Below are positions 18,531 through 31,026 of a DNA stretch of 44,601 bases, one piece after another. The stretch is from NCBI GenBank assembly GCA_045535775.1, contig JAZSMG010000253.1:1-44601 (forward strand). Reading direction: 5' to 3'. The notes beneath the pieces are model-generated. The model did no database searches. It was given only the letters and a program-made list of their open reading frames with translations, and was not told where the DNA came from. The position numbers and the translations under genes are program-made. Each line of letters opens with the position of its first letter. Position 1 is the stretch's first letter. The DNA comes from Christensenellaceae bacterium. Its GTDB lineage: Bacteria > Bacillota > Clostridia > Christensenellales > Borkfalkiaceae.

Positions 18531-19661
18531 TTATTTATTCTCGAAATGTTTAGCAACCATTTCAAGCATATCTCTTATTTTTATATGTTGTGGGCAAATA
18601 TCTTCACACGCACCGCATTTAATGCAATCGCTTGCCTTGCCGTTTTTCTTTGTGCTCATTGAATAGTGCCAATTGCGAATAACGCCGGTGAAAACCTTTT
18701 CATCGTTAAAGTATGCAAATAAATCGGGAATGCGAATGCTTTGTGGGCAACCCTCAACGCAGTAACTGCAACCGGTGCAGGGGATTACCTTAAGTGTTTC
18801 AAGCAGTGCCTTAACTTCTTCAATGGTCTTAAATTCTTCCTCGCTAAGAGGCTTAAAGTCGGTCATAAAGGAAAGGTTATCTTGCATTTGGGCAAGGTTA
18901 CTCATACCCGATAAAATCATAACGTTGTTTTCAAAACTACCGCAGTATCTAATAGCATAGCTTGCAGGGCTAGCGTTTCCAAGTAAAGCGAATTTTTCAA
19001 CGGCTTGGGTTGGTAGGTTGGCAAGTTGACCGCCCTTTACGGGCTCCATAATCAAGCAGGGCTTGCCGTGCTTTAAGCAAACGTCATAGCAGGCGCGTGA
19101 TTGAACGTCTGCATCCTCATAGTCAAGGTAGTTAAACTGTATTTGAACTATTTCTATTTGAGGATATTCAGTAAGAATTAAATCAAGATAGTCTGCGCTA
19201 TCGTGGAAGGAAAGTCCAACGTGCTTAACCTTGCCTTCCTTCTTAAGCTCGAAAGCCTGCTCGTACGCCTTACACTGCTTAAAATGGGGGTAATTGCCAC
19301 GGCCTTGGGCATGCATGAGATAAATATCAAAATAATCCACCCCGCAAGCCTCAAGCTGAATTTCAAAGATTTTTCTAACTTCATCTTCGCTTTTAAAGTA
19401 AGGGCCGGAAAGCTTGTTGGTTAAAATAAAGCTTTCCCTTGGGTAGCGCTTAACAACGCATTCACGAATGGCAATTTCGCTTTTGCCTTCAAGATAGCCG
19501 TGGGCGGTGTCGAAGTAATTAAAACCTGCTTCAACGAAAGCGTCTGCCATTTTAATAAACTCTTCATAATCAACTTCGCCGTTTTTCATGGGAAGTCGCA
19601 TACATCCAAAACCGAATTTTTTGGGTAGTTTTTGTAATAATTCACTACTTTTATCTAACAT
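18531..19661 (-). CDS. aldo/keto reductase with C-terminal 4Fe-4S ferredoxin domain
   Basis: An AKR-like N-terminal region (GFGCMRLP..., FDTAHGY) is followed by CTGCSYCVEGCP and CIKCGACEDICP. An AAGGAG RBS is present. Confidence 0.8.
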   Translation of the reverse strand: MLDKSSELLQKLPKKFGFGCMRLPMKNGEVDYEEFIKMADAFVEAGFNYFDTAHGYLEGKSEIAIRECVVKRYPRESFILTNKLSGPYFKSEDEVRKIFEIQLEACGVDYFDIYLMHAQGRGNYPHFKQCKAYEQAFELKKEGKVKHVGLSFHDSADYLDLILTEYPQIEIVQIQFNYLDYEDADVQSRACYDVCLKHGKPCLIMEPVKGGQLANLPTQAVEKFALLGNASPASYAIRYCGSFENNVMILSGMSNLAQMQDNLSFMTDFKPLSEEEFKTIEEVKALLETLKVIPCTGCSYCVEGCPQSIRIPDLFAYFNDEKVFTGVIRNWHYSMSTKKNGKASDCIKCGACEDICPQHIKIRDMLEMVAKHFENK

Positions 19662-19992
19662 AAAGCGCTCCTTTTTGCCTAATTTTTAATGGGGAATATC
19701 CCGTTTTTTGCCTTAAATTTTCTATAAATGCGTTAAAATTGAGAATGAGTTTATTTTATTATACCAAATATTCAAAAAATGTCAATAAAAATAACTGTTT
19801 TATATTTTTAGAGGGTTAAAAAAGTAAAAATTTTAAAAAAATCACTCTAAAAAAATGAGTGGTAAAGCTAAAAACCGTTAACTTTTTTACTTGCAAAAGG
19901 GCAGTTATTCACTCGTTTTTAATAAATTGTGAATAAATAGGTAAAAAAAGAGCAAATTTATACCTTTAGGTATAAAAAAAGTCATAAATCGC

Positions 19993-20021
19993 TTTACAAA
20001 ATCTTAAATATATTATATAAT
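19993..20021 (+). promoter_or_regulatory. sigma-A-type promoter of gyrBA
   Basis: TTTACA, a 17 nt spacer, then TATAAT. Confidence 0.55.
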
Positions 20022-20059
20022 ATATTTATACTATTATATAAAATAGGAAAGTATTGTTG

Positions 20060-22024
<1,965 letters not shown>

Positions 22025-22038
22025 GGAGATTTAGGCAT

Positions 22039-24759
22039 ATGGCAAAGAAAGAATTTAATTCCGTTTTAACAGATGAATTTCGTAAAACGTTAGAGCAAAC
22101 TAAGCTTATAAATATAGAAGTTGATAACGAGCTTAAAAAGTCCTTTATCGCATACGCAATGGCGGTTAACGTTTCACGTGCTATTCCCGACGTGCGCGAC
22201 GGCTTGAAGCCCGTTCACAGAAGAATACTTTACTCTATGAACGAAATGGGCTTAACCCCCGAAAAGGCGTACAAAAAATGTGCGGCAATCGTTGGTGACG
22301 TGCTTGGTAAATACCACCCCCACGGCGACAGTTCGGTTTACGACGCGTTAGTTCGTATGGCGCAAGATTTCTCTATTAACCTTCCGTTAGTAGACGGACA
22401 CGGTAACTTCGGCTCAGTTGACGGCGACCCCCCAGCTGCTTACCGTTATACCGAGGCAAAGATGAGTAAGCTTGCCGTAGAAATGCTTCGCGATATAGAT
22501 AAAGAAACTGTAGACTTTTATCCCAACTTCGATGATACCAGAATGCAACCCACCGTTCTTCCCTCAAAGTTCCCCAACCTATTGGATAACGGAACGGACG
22601 GTATTGCGGTAGGTATGGCAACCAACATTCCCCCTCATAACCTAACGGAGGTTATCAACGGAACGGTTGCTTTAATAGAAAACCCCGATATTACTGTTGA
22701 CGAGCTAATGGAACACATTCCCGCACCCGATTATCCCACCGGCGCTATTCAGCTTGGTAGAGCGGGCGTTAAAAATGCTTACAGAACAGGTCGCGGTAGC
22801 GTTATTCTTCGCAGTAGATGTGAAATTGAAGATTTTAATAACGGAACGCGCCATAGAATAGTTGTTACGGAGCTTCCTTACCAAGTTAATAAGGAAAAGC
22901 TTATTAAGTATATCGTAGAACTAGTTAAGGATAAGCGTATAGAAGGTATTGCGGATATCAACGACGAATCCGACCGCCACGGTATGAGAATCGTTATTGA
23001 CTGCAAGAAGGACGCTAACCCTCAAGTTCTTCTAAATTCACTTTATAAGCACACCGAGCTTCAGGTAAGTAACGGTATTACCTTACTTGCTTTATTAGAC
23101 GGCGAGCCCAAGATTTTAAACCTTAAGCAAATTTTAGAAGCTTACGTTAAACACCAAATAGATGTTGTTACAAGAAGAACTAAATACGATTTAGCTAAAA
23201 CGGAAGAGCGTGAGCATATCGTTAAGGGCTTAGTTATTGCACTTTCTTCTATAGACGAGGTTATTGCGGTAATCAAGCGCTCGCGTGATCGTCAGGAAGC
23301 TATCGCAAACCTAGTTGGCTCCTTTAATTTATCAGATAAGCAGGCAGGCGCTATCTTGGATATGCGCTTACAGCGTTTAACCTCTTTAGAAGTAGAAAAG
23401 CTTCAAGCTGAACTTGAAGAATTAGATAGAATTATGGCTGACCTTAAGGATATTCTTGCAAGACCGGAAAGAATTCTTGCCATCATTAAGAACGAGCTAT
23501 TAGAGCTTCGCGATAAGTATCCCTCACCCAGAAAAACTGAACTTTCTTACGATCCTTCAGAAATTGATATTGCAGATCTTGTTAAGAAGGAAGACGTTGT
23601 TATCAGCGTAACTCACCTTGGTTATATCAAGCGTTTATCATTAGAAGAATATAAAACTCAAAAGCGCGGTGGCAGGGGCGTTACCGGTCACAAGCCCAAG
23701 GAAGAGGACTTCGTTGAAGATATGTTTATTTCTTCTACTCACGATAGATTGCTTATGTTTACCAACTTCGGTAAGGTTTACAGATTGATGGGCTATGAAA
23801 TCCCCGAAGCGTTAAAGGCTGCAAGGGGCAGAGCACTAGTTAATCTATTACCCCTATCAGAAGGGGAACACGTTTCTGCAGTTATTCCCTTAAATCCCAC
23901 CGTGGAAGAGCTTCCTGAAGGTGAAGACGGTGAAGAAGTAGCCGTTGCAGAAGGCGCAGAAGTAGCAGAGGGCGCAGAAGTAACTGAAGAAAACGCTCAA
24001 GAAGAGGTTGCGGTAGACGGCAAGAAATATATCGTTATGGCAACCCGCCGCGGTTTAATTAAGAAGACTGCAGTTGCTCAGTTCGATAATATTAGAAAGA
24101 ACGGTAAGATTGCTATTAACCTAAACGAAGGCGACGAGCTTATTTCAGTTCAGGTATCTTCCGGTGAGGATGAAATTTTAGCAGCTTCTTACGAAGGTAA
24201 GTGTATTAGATTTAGCGAGCATGACGTTCGCCCCATGGGCCGTGATACTCAAGGTGTTCGCTGTATGCTTATCTCTGATGAAGATAGACTTGTAGAAATG
24301 ACCGTTGTTAAAGAAGGCTACGACGTATTAACCATAAGCGCTAACGGCTTTGGTAAGCGTAGTGATATTGAAGATTACCGTTTACAGTCACGTGGCGGTA
24401 AGGGTATTAAGGCAGGCGTATTTAACGATAAGACGGGTAGACTGGTAAGCTTAAAGCTCGTTAAGGAAGATAACGATATTATGCTTATTGCAGATAACGG
24501 CATAGTTATTAGAACACCCGCTTGCGATATTTCTAAGATCGGCCGTGATACCAAGGGTGTTAAGGTTATGAGAATAGACGGCGGTAGAGTAGTTACCGTT
24601 GCAGTAGTTGCTCATCAAGAGGATGAAAAGGAAGAACCTATTGATGGCGAAGAAATATTAGAAGGCGTTACCGAAGATGAAGTAGTTACCCCCGCTGAAG
24701 AAGGCGAAGGAGTTACTGTTTCAGAAACAGCTAATGAAGATAACGGCTCTAACGAATAA
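22039..24759 (+). CDS. gyrA: DNA gyrase subunit A (acidic insertion in the C-terminal domain and acidic tail)
   Basis: Contains the [12 protein letters not shown] and [10 protein letters not shown] (catalytic Tyr) motifs, and the CTD blades are recognisable. Confidence 0.95.
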   Translation: MAKKEFNSVLTDEFRKTLEQTKLINIEVDNELKKSFIAYAMAVNVSRAIPDVRDGLKPVHRRILYSMNEMGLTPEKAYKKCAAIVGDVLGKYHPHGDSSVYDALVRMAQDFSINLPLVDGHGNFGSVDGDPPAAYRYTEAKMSKLAVEMLRDIDKETVDFYPNFDDTRMQPTVLPSKFPNLLDNGTDGIAVGMATNIPPHNLTEVINGTVALIENPDITVDELMEHIPAPDYPTGAIQLGRAGVKNAYRTGRGSVILRSRCEIEDFNNGTRHRIVVTELPYQVNKEKLIKYIVELVKDKRIEGIADINDESDRHGMRIVIDCKKDANPQVLLNSLYKHTELQVSNGITLLALLDGEPKILNLKQILEAYVKHQIDVVTRRTKYDLAKTEEREHIVKGLVIALSSIDEVIAVIKRSRDRQEAIANLVGSFNLSDKQAGAILDMRLQRLTSLEVEKLQAELEELDRIMADLKDILARPERILAIIKNELLELRDKYPSPRKTELSYDPSEIDIADLVKKEDVVISVTHLGYIKRLSLEEYKTQKRGGRGVTGHKPKEEDFVEDMFISSTHDRLLMFTNFGKVYRLMGYEIPEALKAARGRALVNLLPLSEGEHVSAVIPLNPTVEELPEGEDGEEVAVAEGAEVAEGAEVTEENAQEEVAVDGKKYIVMATRRGLIKKTAVAQFDNIRKNGKIAINLNEGDELISVQVSSGEDEILAASYEGKCIRFSEHDVRPMGRDTQGVRCMLISDEDRLVEMTVVKEGYDVLTISANGFGKRSDIEDYRLQSRGGKGIKAGVFNDKTGRLVSLKLVKEDNDIMLIADNGIVIRTPACDISKIGRDTKGVKVMRIDGGRVVTVAVVAHQEDEKEEPIDGEEILEGVTEDEVVTPAEEGEGVTVSETANEDNGSNE

Positions 24760-24786
24760 CTTTAAAAATTCAATCAAATAACTTTT

Positions 24787-24818
24787 AAGGAGTAAGCTTT
24801 TAAGCCTACTCCTTTTTG
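24787..24818 (+). terminator. rho-independent terminator after gyrA
   Basis: Stem AAGGAGTA / TACTCCTT followed by TTTGT. Confidence 0.65.
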
Positions 24819-24876
24819 TATATATTTAAGTTTTTTATTTTTATAATTTGGTTGCAAGTATTTTACTCAAACCTGC

Positions 24877-24892
24877 GTTAATCGCTCTATAG
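24877..24892 (+). repeat. intergenic motif copy GTTAATCGCTCTATAG followed by CCCCACTTTTT
   Basis: Read directly. The tail CTATAGCCCCACTTTT is identical to the copy at 14391-14406, but no complementary arm lies upstream. Confidence 0.8.
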
Positions 24893-25067
24893 CCCCACTT
24901 TTTGTTTTAAAATTAAATAAAAACAAATAAGATAAGCGCTAAAAAAGCATTTTTATCCTTAAATAACGGCGGTTTTTAAATGGTTAATAATACTTAAATT
25001 GCTTTGACAAATATTTTAAAGAGTATTATAATTAAAATTAAGAAAAATTATTTGATAGGAGATAAAA

Positions 25068-26738
25068 ATGAGTTTTATTAAAAAGTTAATAACCTTACTT
25101 TGTATTGTTCTTTGCGGTTCGCTAGTTATTGCCTGCAATACTACCTCTAACAATTCAAGTGAGTCCTCTTCCGGGGTGGAAGAAGAAAGTAGTTTAAGCA
25201 GCGAAAGCAGCTTCATCGATTCTAACCGTTCAAGTGAAGACAATAGTTCCGTTGATTCTGATAGCAGTTCAACCGAGGAAGAAATTGTTCCCGTTGGCTT
25301 AGAGGTAATCGATCAAACTACTTCCTTTACCGTATTAGAAAAATTCCTTTTTGACGGAACTGTATATTTAGAATATTCAGACGGAAGCAAGGTAGAAATT
25401 GATGATTATTGGGTTGAATACGGCAATTATAATAAAGAAAAGGTTGGCAGTTATTCAATTAAAGTTTGCACCAATGAATTTGAAAGTGAATACCAAGTTT
25501 CCGTTAATCGCCGTAACACCTTTAAGGTTCTTATGATAGGTAACAGTTTTTCAGACGATACCTCTGAATACGCTCCCATGATAGCTAAGTCGTTAGGTAT
25601 TACCGACGTTGAGGTTGGTAATTTATTTATCGGCGGTTGTTCTATCAATACTCATTACAATAATTTATTAACCGGCACGGCTGCTTACGACTTCCGTTAC
25701 TACGGAGCAAGCGGGGCTTGGGATTATACCGTAGGTGGAGTAAAACAATCCTTACAGTATGCAATTAAATACGCAGATTGGGATATTATAACCTTCCAGC
25801 AGGCAAGCCCGGATAGTGGCGTTGCTTCTACTTATACTAATTTGTTAAATTTGATAAACGGTGTAAAAAATCTTGCTACTAATAAGGACGTAATATTCTT
25901 ATTTAACATGACTTGGGCTTACTAAGCTAACAGCACTCACAGCGCGTTCCCGACCTATAGCAATAGCCAAGAAATTATGTATAATTCAATAGTTGGCACT
26001 GTTCAGCACACCGTTTTAAGGCATACGGTTATTAGTTCAGTTATTCCCAACGGCACGGCAATCCAAAATGCAAGAACTTCTTTCGTTGGCGATAATTTAA
26101 CAAGGGACGGTTATCATTTATCTTACGATTTAGGTAGATATATTGCAGGGCTTACTCTTGTTGCAAAGGTAACCGGCATTAGTCCTGAAGAAGTTACTTA
26201 CGCGCCAAGCGGAATGCTTTCTGCTTACGTAAGCGTTGCTAAAGAAAGCGCGTCTAACGCAATTAACAATCCTTACCAAGTAACTACGTCTAAATATACT
26301 AATATGGAAAGTGTTATTCCGGAAGGCTATAGGGAGCTTAGCTACGAAGAGTACGGTTGGACTAATACTTGGGGATTTTGGGATTCCGGTAACGGTTTAA
26401 CAACCCCTATAACGAATACCTCTCTAGCAGAAAAATTCGTTGCTACTAAAAGATTTACAAAGGCAGAGTTACCCATTGGGTCTATAATCGTAATCGAAAG
26501 CGGTTGGCAATACCGCCCCGATGCATGGATGGCAAACAACGGTAAGCCCGCATCAAGACCTAATAACGTTAGCGTTACTTATACGGAAGTTACTGAAGAA
26601 TGGTGGGGGAGCTATGCAGAGCGCGCGTTCAACGTAAGCTTAACCTCAGGCGCTACCTTAAACGACGGTTCAACCCCTGCAAAATACGAGCTTGCAAAGC
26701 AGGCGTTTAAGATTTTTGTTCCCAACACGTCAAAATAG
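25068..26738 (+). pseudogene. DUF4886-type (SGNH-like) lipoprotein gene interrupted by one in-frame TAA (25923-25925)
   Basis: ORFs 25068-25925 and 25977-26738 share one frame. The stretch NMTWAY*ANSTHSAFPTYSNSQEIMYNSIV reads through a segment I recall as conserved (WAY..NSTH..F..Y...Q..MY). A lipobox (VIAC) and the MIGNSFSDD motif are present. Confidence 0.65.
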
Positions 26739-26740
26739 CC

Positions 26741-26756
26741 GTTAATCGTGCTATAG
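26741..26756 (+). repeat. intergenic motif copy GTTAATCGTGCTATAG followed by AGCTACTTTTT
   Basis: Read directly. It starts 3 nt after the stop codon. Confidence 0.8.
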
Positions 26757-26896
26757 AGCTACTTTTTATGTAAAATAATAGCGGTTTAATTATAAAAATT
26801 AGTAATTACAACAAAAAAAGAGCAACCATGCAAAGGGTGAATTTTGCGTGTTTGCTCTTTTTAATTATAAATTTAAAATTAAATTTTTATAATATA

Positions 26897-27328
26897 TTAA
26901 CCAAGTAAGCAGTCTTCTAAAAAGTCTAAATCATCGTAAGTAAAGCGCCCGTCGGAGCACATTGCCGCAATGCAAAGACTAATGAATGAAACCTTAACGC
27001 TACCGGGTAATCTTTTACAAAGATTGCTTACGTCCCGCTTGATAGATATAGAACGCTTTTGGTCTATCATTTCTTCGTAATAATCCCTGTTTATTTCGCT
27101 AATCTTAAATATATATTTTAAAAACTCCCATTCGCCGTTAGATAAATATCCATCTAACGCAAAGCAAACCACAAGGCATTCAATAATACCCTTGTTGGTT
27201 TCTAAGTGGTTGTGTGTTATAGGGTTAAGGTAATCAAAAATCTCACGGTATCTATCATAGCCGTATTGCAAAAGCTGGGTAAAATCAAGTGATTTACAGT
27301 GATTTAAAATTTCTTGTGCGCTTGGCAT
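26897..27328 (-). CDS. hypothetical protein, possibly TerB-like two-repeat fold
   Basis: DG-x5-E-x3-L-like segments occur twice (LDGYLSNGEWEFLKYI and SDGRFTYDDLDFLEDC). The family assignment is weak. Confidence 0.5.
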   Translation of the reverse strand: MPSAQEILNHCKSLDFTQLLQYGYDRYREIFDYLNPITHNHLETNKGIIECLVVCFALDGYLSNGEWEFLKYIFKISEINRDYYEEMIDQKRSISIKRDVSNLCKRLPGSVKVSFISLCIAAMCSDGRFTYDDLDFLEDCLLG

Positions 27329-27369
27329 ATCTATTTTCCTTCCTGTTTTGTTTTTATTACAAAAATATC

Positions 27370-27385
27370 GTTAATCGCCTTATAG
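27370..27385 (+). repeat. intergenic motif copy GTTAATCGCCTTATAG followed by AGGGGTTTTTT
   Basis: Read directly, between two minus-strand genes. Confidence 0.8.
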
Positions 27386-27436
27386 AGGGGTTTTTTAATA
27401 AGAAAGCGATGCTTTTTTGCACCGCTTTTTGTTGTT

Positions 27437-28159
27437 TTATTTTAAAAGTGAAGCTGCTGCTTCGTCAATAATTAAGGTGCAGTCTGGGTGAAGTTGAAGA
27501 ACGCTTGCGGGAAGACTTTCCGTAACTTCGCCGTGAATCATTCCGTAAACGGCTTTAGCCTTGTTAGCACCGCTTGCTAAAATTAAAATCTTTTTAGCGT
27601 TCATAATGTTCTTTAAGCCCATAGTAAAAGCTTGGCGGGGAACTTCTGAAATATCATTGAATAATCTTGCGTTGTCTTTAATGGTGCTTTCCTGAAGGTC
27701 AACTACGTGGGTTACGCTACCAAAGGGAGTGCCGGGCTCGTTAAATGCAATATGACCGTTAGAGCCTAAGCCTAAAAGTTGAATATCCTGTTGAAGAACC
27801 TCTAAAAGCGCGTTATATCTTGCGCATTCTTCTTCTGCATTTTCTGCCTTGCCGTTTTCTATATTGGTGTTGTTTAAATCAATATCAATATGGTTAAATA
27901 GGTTATCACGCATGAAATATACGTAGCTTTGGTCGCTAGTAACGTCTAAGCCCTTGTATTCATCAAGGTTAACCGTTTTAATATTTTTATAAGAAGTGCC
28001 TTGTTTGCAATCTTCAATCATTCTTTTGTAAAGACCGATAGGGGTAGTACCGGTTGCAAGACCTAAAACGCCGTTGGGGTTAGCAACAACAACCTGCTTC
28101 ATAATTTCAAACGCCTTATCGCTCATCTGTTCGTAATCTTTAACAACGATAACTTTCAT
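27437..28159 (-). CDS. nagB: glucosamine-6-phosphate deaminase
   Basis: Contains MKVIVV...GLATGTTP...NLDEY and GLGSNGHIAFNEPG motifs. An AAGGAG RBS is present. Confidence 0.9.
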   Translation of the reverse strand: MKVIVVKDYEQMSDKAFEIMKQVVVANPNGVLGLATGTTPIGLYKRMIEDCKQGTSYKNIKTVNLDEYKGLDVTSDQSYVYFMRDNLFNHIDIDLNNTNIENGKAENAEEECARYNALLEVLQQDIQLLGLGSNGHIAFNEPGTPFGSVTHVVDLQESTIKDNARLFNDISEVPRQAFTMGLKNIMNAKKILILASGANKAKAVYGMIHGEVTESLPASVLQLHPDCTLIIDEAAASLLK

Positions 28160-28186
28160 TTTGTATCTCCTTTATTTAGTGGATTT

Positions 28187-28240
28187 GCCGTAACGGTAAG
28201 ATTTTTTAAAAACAACTGCCGTTTGCGCCATCACCATTTT
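28187..28240 (+). repeat. long-form repeat, degenerate copy C
   Basis: GCCGTAACGGTAAG...CAACTGCCGTTTGCGCCATCACCATTTT aligns with the right half of copies A and B. Confidence 0.45.
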
Positions 28241-28347
28241 AAATTCTAACAATATTTTAACAGTTTTTATTCTTTAAATCAAGTATTGATTTAACTCTTT
28301 TGTTTTATTTGCACATTTAAAGTCCTATAGTGAAAAGAAAATGGGGT

Positions 28348-28382
28348 AAAATACAACAAAGGGCTTTATTTTTTGCCCTTTG
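28348..28382 (-). terminator. rho-independent terminator after the GH43 gene
   Basis: Stem CAAAGGGC / GCCCTTTG, with TTGTATTTT following on the minus strand. Confidence 0.65.
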
Positions 28383-28395
28383 CCTTTGTAAATTA

Positions 28396-29334
28396 TTAAA
28401 TTTTATCTTCAAATCTAACAGCGGTAAGCTTTTCGCCGTCAAGCTCTAATCTGCAAATACGCGCGGTGCGGTCGTCGCCGATAAGTCGCTTATCGGGAAC
28501 TAAATCTCTTCCGTGATAAACGGCGTACCAAACTCCGTTATCTTTAATAACGCTGTTGTGGCCCGTGCCTGCTTCAAATTCGTTCTTACAAATAAGTGGG
28601 CAGTAGGTGTTTTCGTTGGGGTATTTTGTGAATTTAATCTTGGTTAAATCTCTTTCTGCCGTTTTAGCAACCGCATAGCCAAGGTAGTAATATTCGTTTT
28701 GGTAGCAGTTACCTGAATAAATTAAGTAATGCCAGTCCCCTTCGTTAAAGTAAAATGCGCCCTCTAAGGTGTGCCAATGCTGATCTTGCTTAAATCTGTT
28801 TTTCATAAAGATTTCTTCATCTAAGGTGGGGCGAACTACCGCAACAGGGTTACCACAGGGGGTAAATGGATCGCTCATTTTATCAACTACAACGTAAGTG
28901 CCTGCGCGTTCTGCTTCGTAATCGTTTACCGAATAGAAGATGAATAAGCCTGCTTCGTTTTCAACTACGTGTGCGTCTATAGAAAAGGGTGCTATTATTT
29001 GCTTTGCGTTAACGAACGGGCCGTTAGGAACGTCTGCAACGGCAACGTGCATAGCCTGCTCGTGAACGTCATCGCTTTCTTTAGGCATGCAAGAAACGTA
29101 CATATAATATTTGCCGTTAATAATAGTAACTGCAGGCGCCCAATATTCCTTTTTATCAGCTAAGCTAAAAACAACGCCAATATCAGTATATTCACCGCAT
29201 AAAGAAGTTGCTTCGTATGCGTGAACGCCGTCACATCCCGTAACGTACATGTAATACTTGCCGTTATCTGCTTTTAAAACGTATGGGTCTGCCTGAGAGT
29301 TAAATTGACCTTCTTTGTAATGAATAAGCTTCAT
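28396..29334 (-). CDS. glycoside hydrolase family 43 protein
   Basis: Contains DPYVLKADNGKYYMYVTG, a repeated YWAP..GKYYMY blade pattern and the GTGHNS motif. Confidence 0.8.
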   Translation of the reverse strand: MKLIHYKEGQFNSQADPYVLKADNGKYYMYVTGCDGVHAYEATSLCGEYTDIGVVFSLADKKEYWAPAVTIINGKYYMYVSCMPKESDDVHEQAMHVAVADVPNGPFVNAKQIIAPFSIDAHVVENEAGLFIFYSVNDYEAERAGTYVVVDKMSDPFTPCGNPVAVVRPTLDEEIFMKNRFKQDQHWHTLEGAFYFNEGDWHYLIYSGNCYQNEYYYLGYAVAKTAERDLTKIKFTKYPNENTYCPLICKNEFEAGTGHNSVIKDNGVWYAVYHGRDLVPDKRLIGDDRTARICRLELDGEKLTAVRFEDKI

Positions 29335-29511
29335 AATTAAATCCTTGTTTGTAAGTTAATTTTTAAGTTGCTTTGGCATTTTTTATAGGTGTTTGCCTTA
29401 TTTTTGCGCCATTGTTTATTATAACACCGCGAAGGGTAGTTGTCAATACTTTTAGTTAATTTTTAGCCGTAGTTATATTTTTTAACTAACGTGTGCCGTT
29501 TTTTAATGTTT

Positions 29512-30918
29512 TTAAAGTATAAAATAGTTTATTATTAAGGAAACTATGCCGTAATAGGTTAATGCGGAAACCAAGTCGCTTGCAGTAGTTATTAGCGGAC
29601 CGGATGCCGCCGCAGGGTCTACCCCCATCTTTTTAAATAAAATGGGAACGGCGCAACCGCAAAAGCCGGAAACTGTCATAGAGCAAACCAAGGCAATCGC
29701 AATACACGCAGAAAGGGTAAAGGACCTATCTAAGGGCATATCTTTAAAGAAGTAAACGTATGCGCCAAGTAGCGCAAAGCTTATTATAGCCAAGAAAATT
29801 CCGTTAATAAAGGCAAGGCTTATTTCGTTTGCAAACATTCGCCTTATCTTTTTGCGCTGGGTCGCTTCGGGTAAATTCCTAATAGTAACGCCAAGCGCTT
29901 GAGTGCCTGTATTACCGCTCATACCAAGAATCATTGGTTGGAAGAACGCAAGCAAGGGTAGCATTGCAACAACGTGGTCAAATATGCCTATCAATGCAGA
30001 TACGCCAAGGCTTAAGCAAAGCAAGATTAAAAGCCAGGGAAGCCTTGCTTTAAGGCTTAAAAGTAAGCTGTTTTTTTCTTCAGTATAAGAAGAAATACCT
30101 GCTAGTTTAGAATAGTCTTCCTTTAACTCGTTTTCCGTTGCTTCAACCAAGATAGCGTCCGTAAGTGCGCCTATAAGGCGATTATCGTTATCTACAACGG
30201 GCAAAGAATCTTCAGAATAGTCTTGCAAACTCTCTAAAACGTCTGCAATTTTTAAATTTGCGTTAAAGCAGGGGTAAGATGTTGCTATAATATCTTCAAG
30301 CGGGGTATTAGCTCTTGCAATAAATAAATCTTTAAGCTGAATAGCGCCGTAGTAGCAATCCTTTTCGTCCGTTACGTAAATGGTGGTTATGTTATTACAG
30401 CTTTCTGCTTGAGCAATTAAGCTGTTCATGGCTTCCTTAACGCTAAAGGTGTTCTTTATGCTTACGAAGTCGTTAGTAATAATACTACCAAGGCAGTCCT
30501 CTTCGTAGGTGGCAATAAGTTCAACGTCTTTTGCAACCTCTTCATCAAGTAACTCTATAACCTCTTTTTGCTTTTCTTCATCTAACTCTTCTAACACGTC
30601 AACCGCGTCGGCAGAGTCCATTTCCTCAATAATGTCTGCAACCTTTTGGTTAGATAGTTCATCTACAAACTCTGCGGGGTTATCTAAGTATGCAAATATA
30701 TCAGAAAGCTCTTCGTTAGAAAGAACGGTGTAAAGTCTAAGTCTTTGATCCTTGGGTATTTCGGGTAAGATATCCGCAATATCCTTAGCGTGGTAGTCAG
30801 AAAGCTTTTCGCGCAATTTTTCTGCGTGGTAGCCTGCGTTTATAATTTGCATTAACTGGCTTTCTCTTATCTTTTGCGGATCGTTTTCATTTGGCAAAAG
30901 AAAATCCTTTTCTTCCAT
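29512..30918 (-). CDS. mgtE: magnesium transporter MgtE (paralogue 1)
   Basis: It has the MgtE N-domain, a CBS pair and a TM domain with MSGNTGTQ. An AAGGAGG RBS supports the ATG at 30918. Confidence 0.9.
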   Translation of the reverse strand: MEEKDFLLPNENDPQKIRESQLMQIINAGYHAEKLREKLSDYHAKDIADILPEIPKDQRLRLYTVLSNEELSDIFAYLDNPAEFVDELSNQKVADIIEEMDSADAVDVLEELDEEKQKEVIELLDEEVAKDVELIATYEEDCLGSIITNDFVSIKNTFSVKEAMNSLIAQAESCNNITTIYVTDEKDCYYGAIQLKDLFIARANTPLEDIIATSYPCFNANLKIADVLESLQDYSEDSLPVVDNDNRLIGALTDAILVEATENELKEDYSKLAGISSYTEEKNSLLLSLKARLPWLLILLCLSLGVSALIGIFDHVVAMLPLLAFFQPMILGMSGNTGTQALGVTIRNLPEATQRKKIRRMFANEISLAFINGIFLAIISFALLGAYVYFFKDMPLDRSFTLSACIAIALVCSMTVSGFCGCAVPILFKKMGVDPAAASGPLITTASDLVSALTYYGIVSLIINYFIL

Positions 30919-30984
30919 TGCGAATACCTCCTTTTGATGATATGCACGCTTTCGCGTGATGATATGCAACCTTGCGGTTGGTGG
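30919..30984 (-). promoter_or_regulatory. conserved mgtE leader (copy 1)
   Basis: The minus strand reads CCACCAACCGCAAGGTTGCATATCATCA-CGCGAAAGCGTG-CATATCATCAAAAGGAGG. Confidence 0.6.
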
Positions 30985-30995
30985 TAAAAGTAGGG

Positions 30996-31011
30996 CTATA
31001 GGTCGATTATC
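30996..31011 (-). repeat. intergenic motif copy (minus strand reads GATAATCGACCTATAG followed by CCCTACTTTT)
   Basis: The plus strand reads CTATAGGTCGATTATC. It lies between the two mgtE genes. Confidence 0.8.
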
Positions 31012-31026
31012 TATAGTTTTTTACTG

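Noticed and set aside
25923-25925. Reassignment of TAA to a sense codon (alternative genetic code).
   Set aside because: TAA terminates most other genes in the window at lengths that fit their families (miaA, gyrA, nagB and others). A global recoding is therefore not supported.
25951-25961. CGACCTATAGC inside the DUF4886 gene, and GTTAATCGCC at 25503-25512, both resembling the dispersed motif.
   Set aside because: Both are partial matches inside homologous coding sequence and lack the rest of the motif. They are probably chance, but are worth including when the PWM is scored genome-wide.
30509-30733. A Ser-rich 74 aa ORF antisense to mgtE, together with similar antisense ORFs at 29903-30088, 31388-31636 and 31670-31876.
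   Set aside because: They mirror the acidic (GAA/GAT-rich) mgtE N-domain. No start context is present.
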